From: an uncultured Verrucomicrobiae bacterium
GTDB taxonomy: Bacteria; Verrucomicrobiota; Verrucomicrobiia; Limisphaerales; JAFGQR01
Length of the DNA: 60,513 nt
Assembly (NCBI GenBank): GCA_963788655.1
Contig: CAWBHS010000104.1
Coordinates: forward strand, 1-60,513
Direction: 5' to 3'
Below the pieces are notes generated by a model. That model worked only from the letters and a program-made list of their open reading frames with translations, had not been told where the DNA came from and ran no database searches. Within the stretch, counting starts at the first letter, position 1, and every line of letters starts with the position of its first letter. The translations under genes and the position numbers were made by a program. This document shows positions 56,060 through 60,513 of the stretch, piece after piece.

Positions 56060-56665
56060 CTACGAAGCCTCTCCGTCGAACCGTGCCCGCCCCTCTTCCG
56101 TCAGCATCCCGCCCATCATCAACCGGACGAACGTTCGGAAGACGTCCAGCGGGTGGCCATCCTGTCTGACCATCTGCTCCGGATTGAGCAACCCGTCCCC
56201 CACTGTCCTGAGAATCGCGGTCACCACCTCCGGGTCCAGGTCCGCTCGCACGACACCGAGATCCCTTCCCTCCGCCACGATCTCCCTGAAGCGATCGAAG
56301 ACAACGATCCGTCTGCGCTCCTCGATCCAGTGCCAGAGCTCGGGGGCATGCCGGTAGAGATCCTCGATGAAGGCGGGGGAGATCCGTGCAAAGAACTCGG
56401 AGACCAGCCCCAAAACCTCTCGGAGCCTCTCCAGCATGTCTCGGCCCCGGACTCGCTCCAGTCGCTGGTCCACACGCCGCAACTGCTCTTCCATGCAGGC
56501 GCGCACGAGCTCGTGCTTGCTACGGAAGTGCCGATAGAGGGTCTTCTTGCTGATGCCGAGCTCCGCCGAAAGCGCGCTCATGGTCACGCGGCTGAAACCA
56601 CGGGTCAGGAAGCGCTCGGTGGAACGGGCGAGTATGATACGGCGAAGATGTGTCCCGCTCGTCAT
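56060..56665 (-). CDS. TetR/AcrR-family transcriptional regulator
   Basis: FLTRGFSRVTMSALSAELGISKKTLYRHFRSKHEL HTH. Confidence 0.95.
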   Translation of the reverse strand: MTSGTHLRRIILARSTERFLTRGFSRVTMSALSAELGISKKTLYRHFRSKHELVRACMEEQLRRVDQRLERVRGRDMLERLREVLGLVSEFFARISPAFIEDLYRHAPELWHWIEERRRIVVFDRFREIVAEGRDLGVVRADLDPEVVTAILRTVGDGLLNPEQMVRQDGHPLDVFRTFVRLMMGGMLTEEGRARFDGEAS

Positions 56666-56680
56666 CAGCAGCTACCACCA

Positions 56681-56712
56681 ATGGAAACCCATTTGGTTTT
56701 TTTGGTTTCCAT
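56681..56712. promoter_or_regulatory. Probable TetR operator palindrome
   Basis: ATGGAAACC-N14-GGTTTCCAT, 15 nt upstream of the TetR start. Confidence 0.65.
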
Positions 56713-56775
56713 AAACTACCGACACGCCCGGGCCATCGTCAAGACCTGCCTCGCGCAAGTGTCGGGCGATCTCGA

Positions 56776-56915
56776 CTTCGCGGCTCTTCGCGGCCTGGTT
56801 GCGGCCTTCGCGGCCTTCGCGGCCTTCGCGGCCTTCGCGGCTTCGCAGCCTTCGCGGCCTTCGCGGCTCTTCGCGGCCTTCGCGGCTCTTCGCGGCCTTC
56901 GCGGCTCTTCGCGGC
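56776..56915. repeat. Tandem 9/10-mer array (CTTCGCGGC / TCTTCGCGGC), about 15 units
   Basis: Contiguous units without spacers, intergenic. Confidence 0.93.
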
Positions 56916-56923
56916 AGTGACCG

Positions 56924-56952
56924 TTGACAAAAGGACGCCGCAGGGCTCTAAT
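56924..56952 (+). promoter_or_regulatory. Sigma70-like promoter
   Basis: TTGACA-N17-TCTAAT pointing to the ORF at 57101. Confidence 0.55.
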
Positions 56953-57100
56953 AGGCCGCTCCCGCGGGGGCCATAACCTCGCGGACACCGGGCGGCTCCG
57001 GACGGCGGTCATTTGCGTCATGGCCGCTGCAATCGGGGGCGAGTGAGCCCCGGGGTGACCGGCCGTCGGGCGTGAGCGCAAAACAGCTCGGGGGGAAGCG

Positions 57101-57373
57101 GTGGACAGACTCCCTTTCAGGGGACCGGCCAGAATCAGCTTCGAGCAGTGGCTGCTGAATGCGGATAGTCTCTGTAAGTACCGCAGCGGGAAGAGCATAC
57201 ACTCGCTCAACTATGCCCTGCTGAAGGCATATCAGAGCGGCTTGTCGGTGCCTGCGGCCGTGCACGAGGCGCTGGCCAAGGCTCGGCTCGAAGAGAACGA
57301 GACGGAATGGGAATTCGACGAACCGGGTTCCGCGGGCAAGCGTGGCGAGGCGGAGGACCAGGAGAGCGACTAG
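57101..57373 (+). CDS. Hypothetical protein, 90 aa
   Basis: GTG start with a purine-rich RBS, upstream promoter and acidic tail. No family recognised. Confidence 0.55.
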   Translation: MDRLPFRGPARISFEQWLLNADSLCKYRSGKSIHSLNYALLKAYQSGLSVPAAVHEALAKARLEENETEWEFDEPGSAGKRGEAEDQESD

Positions 57374-57407
57374 CCCCTCGTGACCGCAGGGCTGCGGTCG
57401 ACACATC

Positions 57408-57929
57408 CTACCGTTGGAAGTCCTTGTATAGCAGGCTCGGCTGAATCCCTTCGTTGTTCTGGTACTTGTTGCTCCTGTACGTTTCGTATTCGCCCTCGAG
57501 GGTATGGTAGTAGATTTGACAGATCTCCACGCCGGCGTAGATCCTGATCGGCTGGACACAGAAGATCTCGAGCGTCCAGTATCCCGAGAACCCGACGTCG
57601 CCGAAGCCGGCCGTTACATGCACGAACAGGCCCAGCCGGCCGATCGACGAGCGACCTTCGAGCATCGGCACGCAACCCTCCGTGCGCGTGTACTCGATCG
57701 TTCGGCCGAGGTACAACCGCCGCGGCTCGAGTTCCAGGCCGTCCTGGGCGACGGTCAATTCCGAGTACCGGTTCGGGGTCTTCATGTCCAGTACCGGGTC
57801 GTCGTAAACCAGGAGTCGTTCGTGAAGACGCAAATTGTAGCTGTTGGGATTGAGCCGATCCTCGCTGAACGGCTCAATGAAGATCTGCTTGCCCAACCGT
57901 CTGCGGATCTCTCGGCCTGAAAGAATCAC
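57408..57929 (-). CDS. dcd: dCTP deaminase
   Basis: LNPNSYNLRL, EGRSSIGRLGL, AGFGDVGFSGYWTLE, ICQI, KYQ. Confidence 0.95.
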   Translation of the reverse strand: MILSGREIRRRLGKQIFIEPFSEDRLNPNSYNLRLHERLLVYDDPVLDMKTPNRYSELTVAQDGLELEPRRLYLGRTIEYTRTEGCVPMLEGRSSIGRLGLFVHVTAGFGDVGFSGYWTLEIFCVQPIRIYAGVEICQIYYHTLEGEYETYRSNKYQNNEGIQPSLLYKDFQR

Positions 57930-58185
57930 CGTCGCCCCCGTGGGGAGAAACTGTAGCAGCAGGGGGCGCGGAGATCAACAAGGGCTCAGACGGAGGCATT
58001 TGCGCTGTGCCCCGTCCGGCGATGCGCGCGCTGCACGGGGGCCTGTTGGCCCGGGTCACCGAGACGCATCGGCGGCAGTGGCGATTCACGGAATCTGCCC
58101 GACGCGGGCCGCGGCAACCCCCGAAATCCGGGCGCTGGCGGACGCCCCGGAGAATCAGTACACTTCTGTGCAGGAGGAAGAGGCT

Positions 58186-60513
58186 GTGTCGGTCAGAAGT
58201 TTCTTTGTCTATCCCCGGTATCCGGGTCGGCTCACCCGGCTTTTCGACCTGGCGTTCAATCTGTGGACCCTTTGGGACCGGGAAGGGGTGCGTCTATTCG
58301 AGCGCGTCGACTCGAGCTGTTCGCGGCAGTGCCAACGCAACCCGGTCGAGATGCTACACAGCCTGTCGTCCAAAAAACTGGAAGAATTGGCCCAGGACGA
58401 TGCGTTCCTGGCGAGAGGCTCGATCGGCTGTGGAAAGGTTCCAGAAGGTCGTGGGGCCCGAGGTCGTGCCCCGTATCGCATACTTCTCCATGGAGTTCGG
58501 GCTGCACCAGATCCCGATCTATGCCGGCGGTCTGGGGATGCTAGCAGGCGATCATCTGAAGGGTGCATCGGACATGGGCCTGCCGATCGTCGGAGTCGGT
58601 CTGTACTACCGCTACGGCTACTTCGTCCAGAAGATCAACGTAGAAGGTTTTCAGGAGGAGATCTTTCGGGAGGCCGACGTCCACAACCTGCCGATGCATG
58701 ACTGGAAAGGCGCCGGTGAGGAATCGATCCACGTGACCATAGAGGTTCTCGGCAACCCCCTTGTCCTGCGGATCTGGCGCGCTCAAGTGGGTAGAGTCCC
58801 GCTTCTTCTTCTGGATGCCAATCTACCGGAAAATCCGCCGGAGCTGCGCTGCATCACCGATCATCTCTACGTATCCGATCGCGAACGGCGGATCATGCAG
58901 GAGATCGTTCTGGGCGTCGGCGGTTTCCGCGCCCTCCAAACCGTAGGTATCGTCCCGGAAGTGTATCATCTGAACGAGGGTCACTCCGCGTTTCTGCTCA
59001 TCGAGAGGCTGAAGAAGCTCGTGTGTGAAGACGGATTCACCTTTGACGAGGCATCCGCGCTGATCAAGTACTCGACGGTGTTCACCACCCATACGCCGGT
59101 GGAGGCCGGAAACGAGAACTTCCCGGTGGATACCATACGCAAGTACCTGGCTGCCGACGTCGAAAAGATCGGCATGCCCTTTGAGAAGTTTGCCGAGCAC
59201 GCCTTTCTCCATGACCAGAAGACCTTCTGGATGCCGGCCCTGGCCATCCGATTTTCGCGGCACATCAACGGTGTTTCCGAGCTTCATGCCGGGGTATCCC
59301 GCCAGATGTGGCGAGACCTGTTCCCCGGGCGGCGGGACCCCGGAAATTCCGATCGTCGCCATCACAAACGGCGTGCACGGCTCATGGATGGCCGGAGAAA
59401 TTCGTGATCTCCTGCAGAGTTACCTGGGGGTCGACCTGATGAGCGTCGACTCCGACGGCGACCTTCGCGACCGCATCGAGCAGATCCCGGATGTCGAGCT
59501 CTCGGGACGCACACATGAAGAGCAAACGGCGGATGATCTCGTTCCTGCGGAAGGTGGTCACCGCCAATTCGACGGCCCGCGGCTCTTCCCCCGCAACGGT
59601 TCAGAAGGCGCGGGAGATGCTCAGTGCCGGTTTCCTCACGGTCGGCTTCGCCCGCCGTTTCGCCGTCTACAAGCGCGCGAATTTGATCCTGCGGGACAAG
59701 GACCGTCTGGCGCGTATCCTGAAGAGCCCGCAGCGTCCGGTCCAGATCCTGTTTGCCGGCAAGGCGCATCCGGCAGACCTGCTGGGAAAGAACATGATCA
59801 AGGAAGTCCTCGATTTCGCACGGGAGTACGACGTCGCGGACCGCATCTTCTTCATCGAGAACTACGACCGGCAGATCGCCGAGCACCTCACCCAGGGATG
59901 CGACGTCTGGCTGAACAACCCGGTCAAACCCAATGAGGCGTCGGGCACCTCCGGCATGAAAGCCGGTATCAATGGCGTCATCAACCTGAGCGTCCTCGAT
60001 GGTTGGTGGCCCGAGTGTTACAACGGGAAGAACGGCTGGGCGATCACTGCCGGTGACTACTATGAGAACCCGGAAATGCGCGACGCCGCGGAGGCCAACC
60101 AGATCTACGACTACCTGGAGGAGGAGGTCGCCGAGCTGTTCTACGCGAGGGACGAATCAGACGTTCCCGCGGGCTGGATCCAGCGGATGAAGGAATCGAT
60201 CTTCACGTGCGCCCGCGGCTTCAGCATCAACAGGATGTTGCGGGAATACAACCGGCGATTCTACGCTCCCTCCCTGGAGCGCGCCGGACGCCTTGCGACC
60301 GAAGGACGGGCGGAGCTCAAGAGCCTCGTGGAACGCTGCAGCCGGTTGAGAAGTCTCTGGGGTCATCTGGCCTTCCGCGAGGTAACGACGGACCTGGAGC
60401 GCAGAAAGACGGTCTTTACCAACGATCAGGTGGCGTTCAGCGTGCTCGCGTATGTCGACGACGTGCCACCGGAGGATCTCGCCGTCGAGGTCTTCTACAC
60501 GCGGGCCCGAAAA
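58186..60513 (+). CDS. glgP: Alpha-glucan (glycogen) phosphorylase, frameshifted, runs off the window
   Basis: AGGAGG + GTG 58186. LAFNLW, AYFSMEFG, YAGGLGMLAGDHLK, HLNEGH, FTTHTP, ARRFAVYKR, AGKAHP, EASGTSGMK, LDGWW. Confidence 0.95.

Noticed and set aside
56776..56915. CRISPR array
   Set aside because: Units are 9-10 nt with no unique spacers, and there are no cas genes.

Overview
Most of the window (1 to ~55,860) reads as GC-rich chromosomal DNA, probably from a Verrucomicrobiota bacterium. That assignment is inferred from gene content and C-terminal motifs, not from a database search. This part holds a 9-kb two-component signalling cluster, guaA, a MoxR-DUF58-BatA/VWA operon, a gmd/methyltransferase glycan cluster, a 7-kb lamin-tail/CotH secreted protein, trpS, a ~9-heme secreted cytochrome c, glycoside hydrolases, a tricorn protease, leuD, split MetH-like genes and the 3' part of rpoC. 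Many genes carry single-base frameshifts that look like long-read consensus errors. At ~55,860 the rpoC fragment is joined in frame to the N-terminus of a HlyD-type lipoprotein, which is most likely a chimeric join. The rest (TetR, dcd, glgP) probably comes from another genome. The most interesting signal is two independent four-helix-bundle (23S rRNA intervening-sequence protein family) genes. Each sits between co-oriented operon genes and is bracketed by inverted arrays of a 7-nt tandem repeat, with a different heptamer for each. This suggests an IVS-like stem-loop cassette in mRNA. Several REP/MITE-like palindrome families and a candidate structured leader RNA are also present.
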